Assembly: GCA_958296135.2 (NCBI GenBank)
Contig: CATQHZ020000001.1
Span: forward strand, 448,001-512,000
Direction: 5' to 3'
Source: an uncultured Poribacteria bacterium
GTDB lineage: Bacteria > Poribacteria > WGA-4E > WGA-3G
Length of the DNA: 64,000 nt
Shown: positions 29,430-38,345 of the stretch, one piece after another
How positions within the stretch are numbered: the first letter of the stretch is position 1
Layout of the letters: the number at the start of each line of letters is the position of its first letter
Notes under the pieces: generated by a model
Told to the model about the DNA's origin: nothing
What the model saw: the letters and a program-made list of their open reading frames with translations, nothing else
Database searches by the model: none
Made by a program: the position numbers and the translations under genes

Positions 29430-29925
29430 CGGGGGCTCGCGAGGGCCGGGGGCTGCCGTAGGGCGCGGTCCTGTGCCGCGCCATGCATCGATCTGCAGAG
29501 AAGATGGCCGTGGCCTGTGGGGTTGCGGGTATTTTTCGTGTCGGTCGGTGGATCACGAGGGACAGGCCCTCGCGCTACGGTAAAAAGGGGCCGTTTGGGG
29601 GATAGGGAGATCGCGAGGGACAGGTCCTCGCGCTGCGGTGAAAATGCTCCTTAGTCCGTAGGGCGCGGTCCTGTGCCGCGCCGTGCATCGATCGCGAGGG
29701 CCAGGCCCTCGCGCTACGGGGCTGCGGACGGTTTTGGTGCGAGAGAGATCGCGAGGGACAGTGGACATCTCTGCAGCGGGACTGCAGAGATGACAACGTT
29801 TCGGCGTGACGGCCCTCGCGCGACGGTGAAAAGGGGCCATTTGGGGGATCGGACGATCGCGAGGGACAGGCCCTCGCGCGACGGTGAAAGGGGCCGTTTT
29901 CGCCGCGCGAGCGCGCGCGAGGGGA
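29430..29925. repeat. BIME-like cluster of GTAG REP palindromes
   Basis: Many copies of CGCGAGGGACAGGCCCTCGCGCTACGG and GTAGGGCGCGGTCCTGTGCCGCGCC. Confidence 0.85.
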
Positions 29926-29964
29926 GGTTGTCGCTGCGCGGGACGGGGCCGGACGAGACCGTTT

Positions 29965-29993
29965 TTGCACTATTCCGCGCGTTCTGCTATAAT
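29965..29993 (+). promoter_or_regulatory. Sigma70-type promoter of the SDR gene
   Basis: TTGCAC-N17-TATAAT. Confidence 0.55.
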
Positions 29994-30055
29994 CGTTTAT
30001 AACAATATCCAAAATCGGGCTGCACGCAGATTGTAGGGATGAGGAGGGAAAAAGG

Positions 30056-30850
30056 ATGAAAGTTGCGCTCGAAGGACGCGTCGCACTTGTCACCGGCGGC
30101 GCGCAAGGCATCGGCCGCGCGATTGTGGACGCGCTCATTGATAACGGCGCGCAAGTAGCCATTGTCGATATTGACACGCGCACCGGCACCAAAACGGCCG
30201 AAGAGATTCAGCAAACGGGAGGCACCTGTCTCTTTGTGGAAGGTGACGTATCCGACGCAGCACAGATGGAAGCGGTCGCCCAACAAGTCGCGGCGCACTT
30301 CGGAACAATCCAGATTCTGGTAAATAATGCGGGCATTAACACGCGGCAGGAGCGAGTTCCCATCCATCAATATGCGCTGGCGGACTGGCACCGCATCTTG
30401 GCGACGGATCTGACAGGGGTTTTCACGACGAGCCGTGCGGTGATTCCGCATCTATTACCAAACGCTGACGGCCGCATTGTTAACATCAGTTCGATTGCCG
30501 GGTTAGTGCCGCTCCGCTTACAGAGTGCTTACGTTGCGGCGAAAGCCGGGGTTGCGAATTTGACGCGCTCTATGGCATTGGAGTTAGGACCGCAAGGCAT
30601 CCTCGTGAACGCGGTCGCGCCCGGTTCCACGTTAACGCGCGGCACAGAGGCACTCTTCTACGGGCCAGATGGCGCATACTCCGAAAACGCGGCGAGTCTC
30701 ATCTCGCACATCCCGCTTGGCAGGCCGGGGACACCGGCAGAAATTGCCGCCGCGGTGCTCTTCCTCGTGTCGCCGGATGCGAGTTACGTGAATGGCACTA
30801 TCCTCACCGTCGATGGCGGCTGGACGGCAGGGTATACGAGAGATTGGTGA
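30056..30850 (+). CDS. Short-chain dehydrogenase/reductase
   Basis: TGGAQGIG, NNAG, YVAAK and VDGG motifs. Confidence 0.92.
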   Translation: MKVALEGRVALVTGGAQGIGRAIVDALIDNGAQVAIVDIDTRTGTKTAEEIQQTGGTCLFVEGDVSDAAQMEAVAQQVAAHFGTIQILVNNAGINTRQERVPIHQYALADWHRILATDLTGVFTTSRAVIPHLLPNADGRIVNISSIAGLVPLRLQSAYVAAKAGVANLTRSMALELGPQGILVNAVAPGSTLTRGTEALFYGPDGAYSENAASLISHIPLGRPGTPAEIAAAVLFLVSPDASYVNGTILTVDGGWTAGYTRDW

Positions 30851-30892
30851 AGCCGATTTCGCGCTACATTACAGATAGAATGAGGTGAAAAA

Positions 30893-31309
30893 ATGGCAAA
30901 GATAACACAGTTTAAAGGGTATCAGGGTGAACCCCCGAGCCCGAAACCTGCACATCAGGTTCAAGCGAACGTCGTTACTGTCCAAGACGGTGTGCCGGTG
31001 AAATATTCGGGTTGCGATGGCATCGGCGTGCGGGTTGTCCATCCGGCGAATCCGAACGCGCCCGCTGAAAACTTGGGGTTAGTGATGTTTTTTGTGCCGC
31101 CACACGTCGTGTTGGAGCCGGGCAGTCATCACACCGAGGAGTGCTATGTCATCTTACGCGGCAGCGGCACGATGACTATCGCAGATGAAAAGGTGCCGGT
31201 GGAAGCCGGCACGTTTATCCATCTGCCGCCGTGGTGTGAGCACGGCATCGAGAACACGGGTAATGAGACTCTGGAGGTGCTCATCTGCACCTCACCGCCG
31301 AACCCGTAA
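30893..31309 (+). CDS. Cupin domain protein
   Basis: H..EE.Y.IL.G.G and P....HGIEN.G motifs. Confidence 0.85.
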   Translation: MAKITQFKGYQGEPPSPKPAHQVQANVVTVQDGVPVKYSGCDGIGVRVVHPANPNAPAENLGLVMFFVPPHVVLEPGSHHTEECYVILRGSGTMTIADEKVPVEAGTFIHLPPWCEHGIENTGNETLEVLICTSPPNP

Positions 31310-31391
31310 TTTTCTGTTGTTCGCGAGGCGTTGTACTGCGTCTCGGGTTTGTTCACGTTGTCTACCCAGGCCGCCTTGACGTTGTCAATGC

Positions 31392-32156
31392 TTACGGTTC
31401 CGGATTGCAACCTACGACAGGATTCCGCAGCACGCCGATGCCTTCAATCTCAATTTCGACGACATCGCCGGCTTTTAACGCGCTGGTAGTGCCCGGTGTG
31501 CCGGTGAAGACTGCATCGCCGGGCTCTAGCGTTATCGCTTGTGAAATGAAACTGATAATCGTCGTTACCGGGAAAATCAGATCGGCGGTTGTCTGCGCCT
31601 GCACCACAGTGCCGTTGATGCGCGTCTCCAATTGCGCGTCCGTGTAGTCCAACTCGGTAGCGATGAAGGGACCCATGGGGCCGAACGTATCAGAGGCTTT
31701 AGCGCGCCACCACTGCAGGTCATTGCTCTGCCAAGTGCGCGCGCTGACATCGTTGCCGCAGGTTACACCTAAGATGTTGGCGGCGGCTTCTTCCGGCGTT
31801 GCCTTCTGCGTCCGCGTTTTCATGATAACGACGAGTTCACCTTCGGCATGCACCTCATCATCGCCTGCGGGTAAGACAATCTCACCGCCCGGGTTGTTGA
31901 TACACGACGGCGTTTTGATGAAGATTTCTGGGTTTTGCGGTTCCGGTTGCCCGCCCAAGTGGCTGCGGTAATTCAGTCCGACAGCGAGAACCTTGGTAGG
32001 CGATGCCGGTGCGAGTAGTTGGACCTCGGCTAGTGCGACGGTATCGCCGGTTTCCTCATATTCGGTAAACGGGCATCCGGATAGCACGCGCAGGGCATCG
32101 CCTTCAACGAGCCCGTAGCCGATTGTTTCGTTCAATGCGTATCGTGCAAATTTCAT
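31392..32156 (-). CDS. Fumarylacetoacetate hydrolase family protein
   Basis: GLNY..H, EGEL, NDVSAR, K..DTFGP.GP and TGTPG motifs. Confidence 0.92.
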   Translation of the reverse strand: MKFARYALNETIGYGLVEGDALRVLSGCPFTEYEETGDTVALAEVQLLAPASPTKVLAVGLNYRSHLGGQPEPQNPEIFIKTPSCINNPGGEIVLPAGDDEVHAEGELVVIMKTRTQKATPEEAAANILGVTCGNDVSARTWQSNDLQWWRAKASDTFGPMGPFIATELDYTDAQLETRINGTVVQAQTTADLIFPVTTIISFISQAITLEPGDAVFTGTPGTTSALKAGDVVEIEIEGIGVLRNPVVGCNPEP

Positions 32157-32307
32157 ATTTTCCTCGTTCGCAAAGCGTTTAATCATGTCTTCTGTGCAAT
32201 GACGTATTCTGAACTAGAGCCGTCATCGACGGTGTCGATGACTACATTTTCGATGCTATCTTACGACAGACAGGAAACGTTGTCAACCAAAAAAAATCGG
32301 CGGGCGG

Positions 32308-33132
32308 CTACTCGGTTTTCGCTTGTGCCAATACTTCTGCCAGTCTATCGGCGAAGCGGCGTTGGCTGTCGTCCTCCGGGGCATAGCCGATGACTTTGCG
32401 CGCATTGGCGATGCTCCAGAACTTGTGCGAATTGTCGCTGATGCCGTAGAAAATCTGGAACGGAATCCCGTTTTCGTCCTCAATATTTTCTGTCTCAATA
32501 CTCTTGAGGAAGAGTTGGACCTGGTCGCGGACGCTCAGATATGCGCCGAGTCCTCGGTGCATCGCCTTTAAATCGTCGGCAGCGGCGTTCGCCATATCGG
32601 TTTCGCGTGGCCCGCCGATGCGCAATTGGACATTCTGGAGTTTCTTCCCATCAACGTGCCCGGTAGCGAAGACAAAGCCGAGGTGCTCGTATGCCTCTTT
32701 CGCCCAGCCGTAGAAGTTATCGGACAGCGGCCGCATCTCTGGTGTGACGACATCCCACTTGTCTGCCCAGATGAGGCGTTCATAGTAGTCGGCGGCGTGG
32801 TTTGAACTACAGACGACGACGCGGCGGACCTCGGTTTCGACGCAGGTCTGGTAGAGATTGTATGCCATCTGAATGTTGGCGAGTTCGTTCTCAAAGCTGC
32901 CGCCTTTGAAGGCGCAATGCACGACTGCATCAACGCCGTTGAAATGGTGTCGGTAGCGTTCTCGGTTGGGGTTGGTAAGTTCGGCAATTTGAACGCCTTG
33001 GACTTCTTCGCCCTGTCGGTTAGTGGTTTTCACGTCGAGTAGGACAAGTTCGTAGCGTTTGCGAAATTCGGGGAGCATTCGTCCAGCGATGTAGCCGGCG
33101 GCTCCGGTGATAAGGACTTTGCGTTTTTGCAT
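32308..33132 (-). CDS. NAD-dependent epimerase/dehydrogenase (uronate dehydrogenase-like)
   Basis: TGAAGYIA, SSNHA, YGWAK and YGISDN motifs. Confidence 0.8.
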   Translation of the reverse strand: MQKRKVLITGAAGYIAGRMLPEFRKRYELVLLDVKTTNRQGEEVQGVQIAELTNPNRERYRHHFNGVDAVVHCAFKGGSFENELANIQMAYNLYQTCVETEVRRVVVCSSNHAADYYERLIWADKWDVVTPEMRPLSDNFYGWAKEAYEHLGFVFATGHVDGKKLQNVQLRIGGPRETDMANAAADDLKAMHRGLGAYLSVRDQVQLFLKSIETENIEDENGIPFQIFYGISDNSHKFWSIANARKVIGYAPEDDSQRRFADRLAEVLAQAKTE

Positions 33133-33133
33133 G

Positions 33134-33389
33134 TTTTTGTTGTTCGCAATGCGTTCGGTTAGGGTTGTCGGTGCAATGACGTTTGTCTCCGTATATCTGT
33201 CATTGACGTTGTCAATTTTTTGTTGTTCGCAATGCGTTCGGTTAGGGTTGTCGGTGCAATGACGTTCGTCTCCGTATATCCGTCATTGACGTTGTCAATT
33301 TTTTGTTGTTCGCAATGCGTTCGGTTAGGGTTGTCGGTGCAATGACGCTTCTCTCCGTATATCCGTCATTGACGTTGTCAATGCCTACG
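33134..33389. repeat. Three tandem copies of an 83-bp palindromic unit (dispersed repeat family)
   Basis: GTTGTTCGCAATGCGTT starts at 33139, 33222 and 33305; internal CAATGACG/CGTCATTG and TTGAC-GTT-GTCAA stems. Confidence 0.92.
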
Positions 33390-33398
33390 TTTCCGTGA

Positions 33399-34163
33399 TT
33401 ACAAATGATTTTGCTCGTCTAGTTTTTCTTGAACAGCGTGTATCAACCTATCAAATAGTTGGCGCGAAACGGGCCTATCCAGCGCGATGGCAAATAGCCC
33501 GTGGTGCGTCGTCTGAAACCTGAAAACGCGGTTGTTCGCGTTTAGAAACCGGACAAGTATCTGGAAGAGAAGTTTTCCGCGAACTTGGAGTCGATACGCT
33601 TCTTTTATTTGCCGATAACGTTTCTCAGGCGGGGGCACAAAACCTCGGCGTTCGCGGAAGTCTTCGTCAAGTTCAGTCTTACCGCGCGGAATCATTTCGT
33701 CCAAACTTGTGGCTACATAAGAAGCATGCTGGTTTAAAAAGGCTTCTACCTCATAAGCAAACCACGTGCAGACAGCATCGAGCACTTGCCGATGTGTTTC
33801 GGTTTGGTTATTCTCCAACAAACTTTCGAGATGCGCACTCACGTATAAGTCGTTTTCAATGCTATAGCCTTTTGTCCAGATAATCCCTGCGTATTCCTCA
33901 GGGATGCCAGAGAATAGCCACATATCCTGGTCGGCGATGAAAGCGACAGGGACGTGAGCAAATTCACTTTTCCGCTTGTAAATCTGGAGCAGCTTTTCCC
34001 GTCCGCCGGTGGCACAAAAATCTACGGTGAGCCTATCAAGCCGCTGTATCAACCGCCGATAGATGATTTCATCATTCTTCCCTTCAACCACAATGTTCGA
34101 TTTTTGGGAATAACGCAAAAAAGCGACTAACTCGTCTACCGTAAAGACTGCGGTAGGCATCAA
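33399..34163 (-). CDS. DUF4435/TOPRIM-like nuclease (AriB-like), copy 1
   Basis: IVVEGKND, IADQD, GYSIENDL and RGK motifs; overlaps the stop of the upstream ATPase. Confidence 0.75.
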   Translation of the reverse strand: MMPTAVFTVDELVAFLRYSQKSNIVVEGKNDEIIYRRLIQRLDRLTVDFCATGGREKLLQIYKRKSEFAHVPVAFIADQDMWLFSGIPEEYAGIIWTKGYSIENDLYVSAHLESLLENNQTETHRQVLDAVCTWFAYEVEAFLNQHASYVATSLDEMIPRGKTELDEDFRERRGFVPPPEKRYRQIKEAYRLQVRGKLLFQILVRFLNANNRVFRFQTTHHGLFAIALDRPVSRQLFDRLIHAVQEKLDEQNHL

Positions 34164-35104
34164 ATTTTTCCTCCATGCGTGTCTCCGAGGAAAAAATCTT
34201 TGTCGGGATACTTCGCATAAATGAAAGGCGAATGCGTTGCAACGAAAAACTGATTTCCTGTTTTCTGCTCAAGCAGCACAGGTAAGAGAAGTCTTTGCCA
34301 GTCTCCGTGCAGACTTAACTCCGGTTCATCAATGAAAATCGCCGTATTGTCGCTAAACGCGTTGTAGCACAGAAAGTTCAGCATTTGCTTCTCGCCGGCA
34401 GAGAGTTTGTTGAAGGAAACAGCCCCCGATGCTTTCCCAATGACACTTCTGTCAGCGAGACGAATGCCCCGATAACGCAGAATTTTGCGGCTTAGTTCCG
34501 CTAACAAGGCTTTCGGATTTTCAGAACTATCGGTGCAGTTCTGTGTGAGGAGTTGTCCCAGAGCCTCGGTTGAAACCGAAGCAATGAATTGATGCTCGTT
34601 CAACGCCGTATCAGATGCCAGCGGTGAAAATCCCAAGGTGCCCCTCTTTTTACCATTAGCCAAATAGGAAAACTTACCACCTTCTGCTCTTCTACAGTCC
34701 GGAAAGAAGATGCTGTTCTTCATCGCCTGCGCAATCTGGTGGTTCAGTGCGTTTACCTTTAACGCTTCCCCACTTCGGGCTAGCGTGCCGGTCTCCCAGT
34801 CTACGGCTATCCTCTCCGTGGAGGCTTTCTCGCCAACAAACTGCGAGGTGAGTTCAACCTTGCCCGGTGTCACTCGGGCTATGGCCGCAGAAAATAGGGC
34901 TGTCTCAATAGAAACAAACTGAAACGGAATTTCAGAGAGGATGCGTTCCAGATTCCCGCTGATGAGATACCAAATTAACTTCAGCAGCGTCGTTTTCCCA
35001 GAACCGTTCGGGCCGGTAAAGAGGTTCAAATCGGGGTGAAATTCCAAATCGTGATTTCCATCCGACCGGTTATTCAACCCCTTGACGACAAGGCGTTTTA
35101 TCAT
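34160..35104 (-). CDS. ABC-type (AAA_21) ATPase (AriA-like), short copy 1
   Basis: GPNGSGKT, LSAGEKQ, IFIDEPELSLH and ATHSP motifs; 314 aa. Confidence 0.85.
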   Translation of the reverse strand: MIKRLVVKGLNNRSDGNHDLEFHPDLNLFTGPNGSGKTTLLKLIWYLISGNLERILSEIPFQFVSIETALFSAAIARVTPGKVELTSQFVGEKASTERIAVDWETGTLARSGEALKVNALNHQIAQAMKNSIFFPDCRRAEGGKFSYLANGKKRGTLGFSPLASDTALNEHQFIASVSTEALGQLLTQNCTDSSENPKALLAELSRKILRYRGIRLADRSVIGKASGAVSFNKLSAGEKQMLNFLCYNAFSDNTAIFIDEPELSLHGDWQRLLLPVLLEQKTGNQFFVATHSPFIYAKYPDKDFFLGDTHGGKI

Positions 35105-35154
35105 GAGAACATGTCTCCTACGTGAAAGTTCAATTGCGATGTACTCGGTTTGAG

Positions 35155-35205
35155 ATAATTATAGCCTATCTCACATCGAATTGGCAAGAAAAATCTCGCT
35201 CAGAC
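35155..35205 (-). promoter_or_regulatory. Duplicated 51-bp promoter block, copy 1
   Basis: Identical to 37307-37357; TTGCCA-N18-TATAAT on the minus strand. Confidence 0.7.
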
Positions 35206-35997
35206 GGTGGCGTTAGGGAGAGGCCTGCCAGATACAGTTCTTTGCTCAGCGATGTTTTGCCTTACCGCCGCCATTAACCTGTCCAGCAACGGACGTGCCC
35301 CAGGCAGCCTCAGCGCAAGATTGTATAGCGCGTAGTGGTTAAGACTCGCCCTAGGAAAACCGTGGGCAGGTTTACTTAGAAAACGCACCAGGAGTTGGAA
35401 AAGCAGTTTGCCTCGCAGCAGACGCTGATACGCCGCGTTGATTTGTTGAACCAAGTCTGCGGCAGGAACGCGAAACCCGCAGTCCCTGCAGAAATCTGCA
35501 TCAAGTTCTGTCTGCCCTGGTGGGACAATCCGGGCGCAATGAAAATCAAGCCGCGGCGTGTTGCCCGCTAATGTCTCTTCAACCACGAAGGCAAACCATG
35601 TGCTGAGCGAATCTACGATGTCCCCATGTTCTACAATGTCTCTCTCATCGAGCAAACGTTCCAAGTCGGCATCCGCATACAGGTCATTTTCAATGCTGTA
35701 ACCTTGCGTCCAGATAATTCCGGCGTATGCTGCCGGCACGCCTGTGAACACCCACATATCCCGGTCGGCGATGAAAGCGACAGGGACGTGAGCAAATTCG
35801 CTTCTGCGTTCGTAAACGCGGAGGAGTTTTTCTCTCCCGCCCGCAGCATGCAAAACTACATTCAATATCCCAATTTGTCTCACCAACTCCCGATAGATGA
35901 CAACGTCATCCTCACCCTCGACGACGATTTTGGGGGTTTGAGAGCGAATCAGAATATTGACGAGCCGGTCAACCGTCATAGGATTCGGTGTTGGCAT
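35200..35997 (-). CDS. DUF4435/TOPRIM-like nuclease (AriB-like), copy 2
   Basis: IVVEGEDD, IADRD, GYSIENDL and RGK motifs; TGATG coupling to the upstream ATPase. Confidence 0.75.
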   Translation of the reverse strand: MPTPNPMTVDRLVNILIRSQTPKIVVEGEDDVVIYRELVRQIGILNVVLHAAGGREKLLRVYERRSEFAHVPVAFIADRDMWVFTGVPAAYAGIIWTQGYSIENDLYADADLERLLDERDIVEHGDIVDSLSTWFAFVVEETLAGNTPRLDFHCARIVPPGQTELDADFCRDCGFRVPAADLVQQINAAYQRLLRGKLLFQLLVRFLSKPAHGFPRASLNHYALYNLALRLPGARPLLDRLMAAVRQNIAEQRTVSGRPLPNATV

Positions 35998-37238
35998 CAG
36001 ATCTTTCCTTGGTATCCACGATTGTCTCCTAACAAAAACTCTTTGTCAGGATAAATGGTATAGATGAAAGGAGAATGTGTAGCAACAAAGAACTGATTTC
36101 CTGTTCCTTGGTCGGCCAGGGTAGGGAGCAGCAGTCCTTGCCAATCTACGTGCAGGCTCAACTCCGGTTCATCAATGAAAATGGCGGCGTTGTCGCTAAA
36201 CGCGTTGTAGCAGAGGAAGCTCAGCATTTGCTTCTCGCCGGCAGAGAGTTTGTCAGAAGATATGGCTTCCTTGGTTTCACCAAGCGTGATGCCATCTTTT
36301 CCTGCACCGAGGGTAATTCCATCTGTCCTTTCCCCGCTGGCAACCCGTCCCGTAACACGAATTGCCTGATACTGTAAGAGTTGCCGAGTCAGATTAGATA
36401 ACACCGAAAACGGCTTCCGCAGCAAATCTCTTTTCTCATCAACCTGCTTAATAGCATTCAGAACGGAGGTAACCTCTTGAGGCATCTGAGTTTCAGATGC
36501 GTCTTCGTTACCAGAAGAGTCTCGGATTTGCTTTGAAATATTGTCTAATACCCGCGCCTGCAGTCCGCTGATTTCCTCATAAATATCGGCGTATTTCTGC
36601 GTTAGCAATTCCGCCAAATCATCCGTTGAAATCGAGGCGATGAACTTGTGGCCGTTAACCGACATGTCCGTTGAACATCGCGACATCGAAAGTTGAAGCA
36701 TTTCCGGTGCCGAAGCCAACAACCTCACAGAGAGTTCATCAACATCTCCGGCGAGGCTTGAAAAACCGCCTTCAATTCGCCGAAAGGTTGGAAAGAAAAG
36801 GCTACTCTTCGTCGTTTGCGCGATGCGTTTTTTTAGCGCGTTTATCCTATCAACATCCGCACGGTGGATAGCCTTAGTTTCCGAATCCACGGATAACGGT
36901 TCCAAATATTTTTTCTCTCCGGTGAATTGCCATTTGAGTTCAATCTTGCTTTCATCGAACGTGTGCTGTCCATCAAATCGCAAGGTGCCGTCCCCTTTGA
37001 GTTCAACCCAAGCCATCTCCAAAGAGAACACGTCTGTCTCAATAGAAACAAACTGAAACGGCATTTCCAGAAGAATGCGTTCCAGATTCCCGCTGATGAG
37101 ATACCAAATTAACTTCAGCAGCGTCGTTTTCCCAGAACCGTTCGGGCCGGTAAAGATGTTCAAATCGGGGTGAAATTCCAAATCGTGATTTCCATCCGAC
37201 CGGTTATTCAACCCCTTGACGACAAGCCGCTTTATCAT
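35997..37238 (-). CDS. ABC-type (AAA_21) ATPase (AriA-like), long copy
   Basis: Same ABC motifs plus a helical insertion; 413 aa. Confidence 0.85.
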   Translation of the reverse strand: MIKRLVVKGLNNRSDGNHDLEFHPDLNIFTGPNGSGKTTLLKLIWYLISGNLERILLEMPFQFVSIETDVFSLEMAWVELKGDGTLRFDGQHTFDESKIELKWQFTGEKKYLEPLSVDSETKAIHRADVDRINALKKRIAQTTKSSLFFPTFRRIEGGFSSLAGDVDELSVRLLASAPEMLQLSMSRCSTDMSVNGHKFIASISTDDLAELLTQKYADIYEEISGLQARVLDNISKQIRDSSGNEDASETQMPQEVTSVLNAIKQVDEKRDLLRKPFSVLSNLTRQLLQYQAIRVTGRVASGERTDGITLGAGKDGITLGETKEAISSDKLSAGEKQMLSFLCYNAFSDNAAIFIDEPELSLHVDWQGLLLPTLADQGTGNQFFVATHSPFIYTIYPDKEFLLGDNRGYQGKI

Positions 37239-37306
37239 GTCCCTGCCTCCTATCTGTAAACATCGAATTGTTGATGGGCTCAGGCAAGCCCATTCTACGC
37301 TTTGAA

Positions 37307-37357
37307 ATAATTATAGCCTATCTCACATCGAATTGGCAAGAAAAATCTCGCTCAGAC
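37307..37357 (-). promoter_or_regulatory. Duplicated 51-bp promoter block, copy 2
   Basis: Identical to 35155-35205. Confidence 0.7.
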
Positions 37358-38296
37358 TTCTCCTTCCCAGTCGTCCGCTAAGAAAAATTCTCTGTCCGGA
37401 TACCTTACATAGACGAAAGGTGAATGCGTTGCAACGAAGAACTGATTCCTAGTGTCCTGCTCAAGCAAAACCGGTAAGAGCAGCCGCTGCCAATCTACGT
37501 GCAGGTTAATCTCCGGTTCATCAATGAAAACGGCCGAGTTGCCGCGAAAGGCATTGTAGCACAAAAAGTTCAGCATTTGCTTCTCACCGGCGGAGAGCTG
37601 GTTGGAGGAAACAGCGTCATCTGCTTCGCCAAGGACAAGTTCGTCCCTGAAACGAATGCCGCGACACTGCAGAATTTTGCAACTCAACGCTGATAACTCG
37701 GCTTTCGGATTTTTAAAACTCTTGGCGTATGGCTGCGCGAACAGTTGTCCCATAGCCTCGGTTGAAACCGAATCGACGAATCGATGCCCGTTGAGTGATA
37801 CTTCAGATTTTTCGTTTAAAGAACCGAAGCCGGCACTCTCCTTATCACCGGAGAAATAGGGAAATTCGCCTTCAATTCGCCGAAAGGTTGGAAAGAAGAG
37901 GCTGCTCTTCGTCGTCTGCGCGATGCGCTGATTCATCGCATCAAACTTTACTGCGCTCTCGTCACGCTGCTCCAGCGCGCCGGTATCACAATCCACGGAT
38001 ACCGTTGCCGTTGCCGTTTTCTGGCCCGCAAATGTCCACGTCAGTGCAACCGTGCCGGGGTTCACCTGAAGCATATCTAAAGCGAACGTGTCTGTTTTCA
38101 TCAAAACGAACTGAAACGGAATCTCCGCAAAAACGCGTGCCAGATTCCCGCTGATGAGATACCATATCAGTTTCAGCAACGCGGTTTTCCCAGAGCCGTT
38201 CGGGCCGGTAAAAATGTTCAAGTCAGAGTAGAATTCCAAGTCGTGCGTGCCATCGGCTCGGTTATTCAGCCCTTTGACAACAAGTCGGTATATCAT
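37352..38296 (-). CDS. ABC-type (AAA_21) ATPase (AriA-like), short orphan copy
   Basis: GPNGSGKT, LSAGEKQ, FIDEPE and ATHSP motifs; 314 aa; no adjacent nuclease partner. Confidence 0.85.
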   Translation of the reverse strand: MIYRLVVKGLNNRADGTHDLEFYSDLNIFTGPNGSGKTALLKLIWYLISGNLARVFAEIPFQFVLMKTDTFALDMLQVNPGTVALTWTFAGQKTATATVSVDCDTGALEQRDESAVKFDAMNQRIAQTTKSSLFFPTFRRIEGEFPYFSGDKESAGFGSLNEKSEVSLNGHRFVDSVSTEAMGQLFAQPYAKSFKNPKAELSALSCKILQCRGIRFRDELVLGEADDAVSSNQLSAGEKQMLNFLCYNAFRGNSAVFIDEPEINLHVDWQRLLLPVLLEQDTRNQFFVATHSPFVYVRYPDREFFLADDWEGEV

Positions 38297-38345
38297 TTTT
38301 TGTTGCTCCTAGCGGTGGTTCATCTTCTGCTTGGCAGAGGACGGT

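Noticed and set aside
29293-30192. Several short ORFs across the REP cluster (similar ones at 45886-46361)
   Set aside because: They are translations of GC-rich palindromic repeats with no RBS or domain evidence.
33134-33389. Possible CRISPR array
   Set aside because: The units are 83-bp near-identical tandem copies without unique spacers, and there are no cas genes in the window.
33134-38330. Possible integron attC sites / cassette array
   Set aside because: There is no paired RYYYAAC...GTTRRRY long palindrome and no integrase. The repeats fit REP-like hairpins better.
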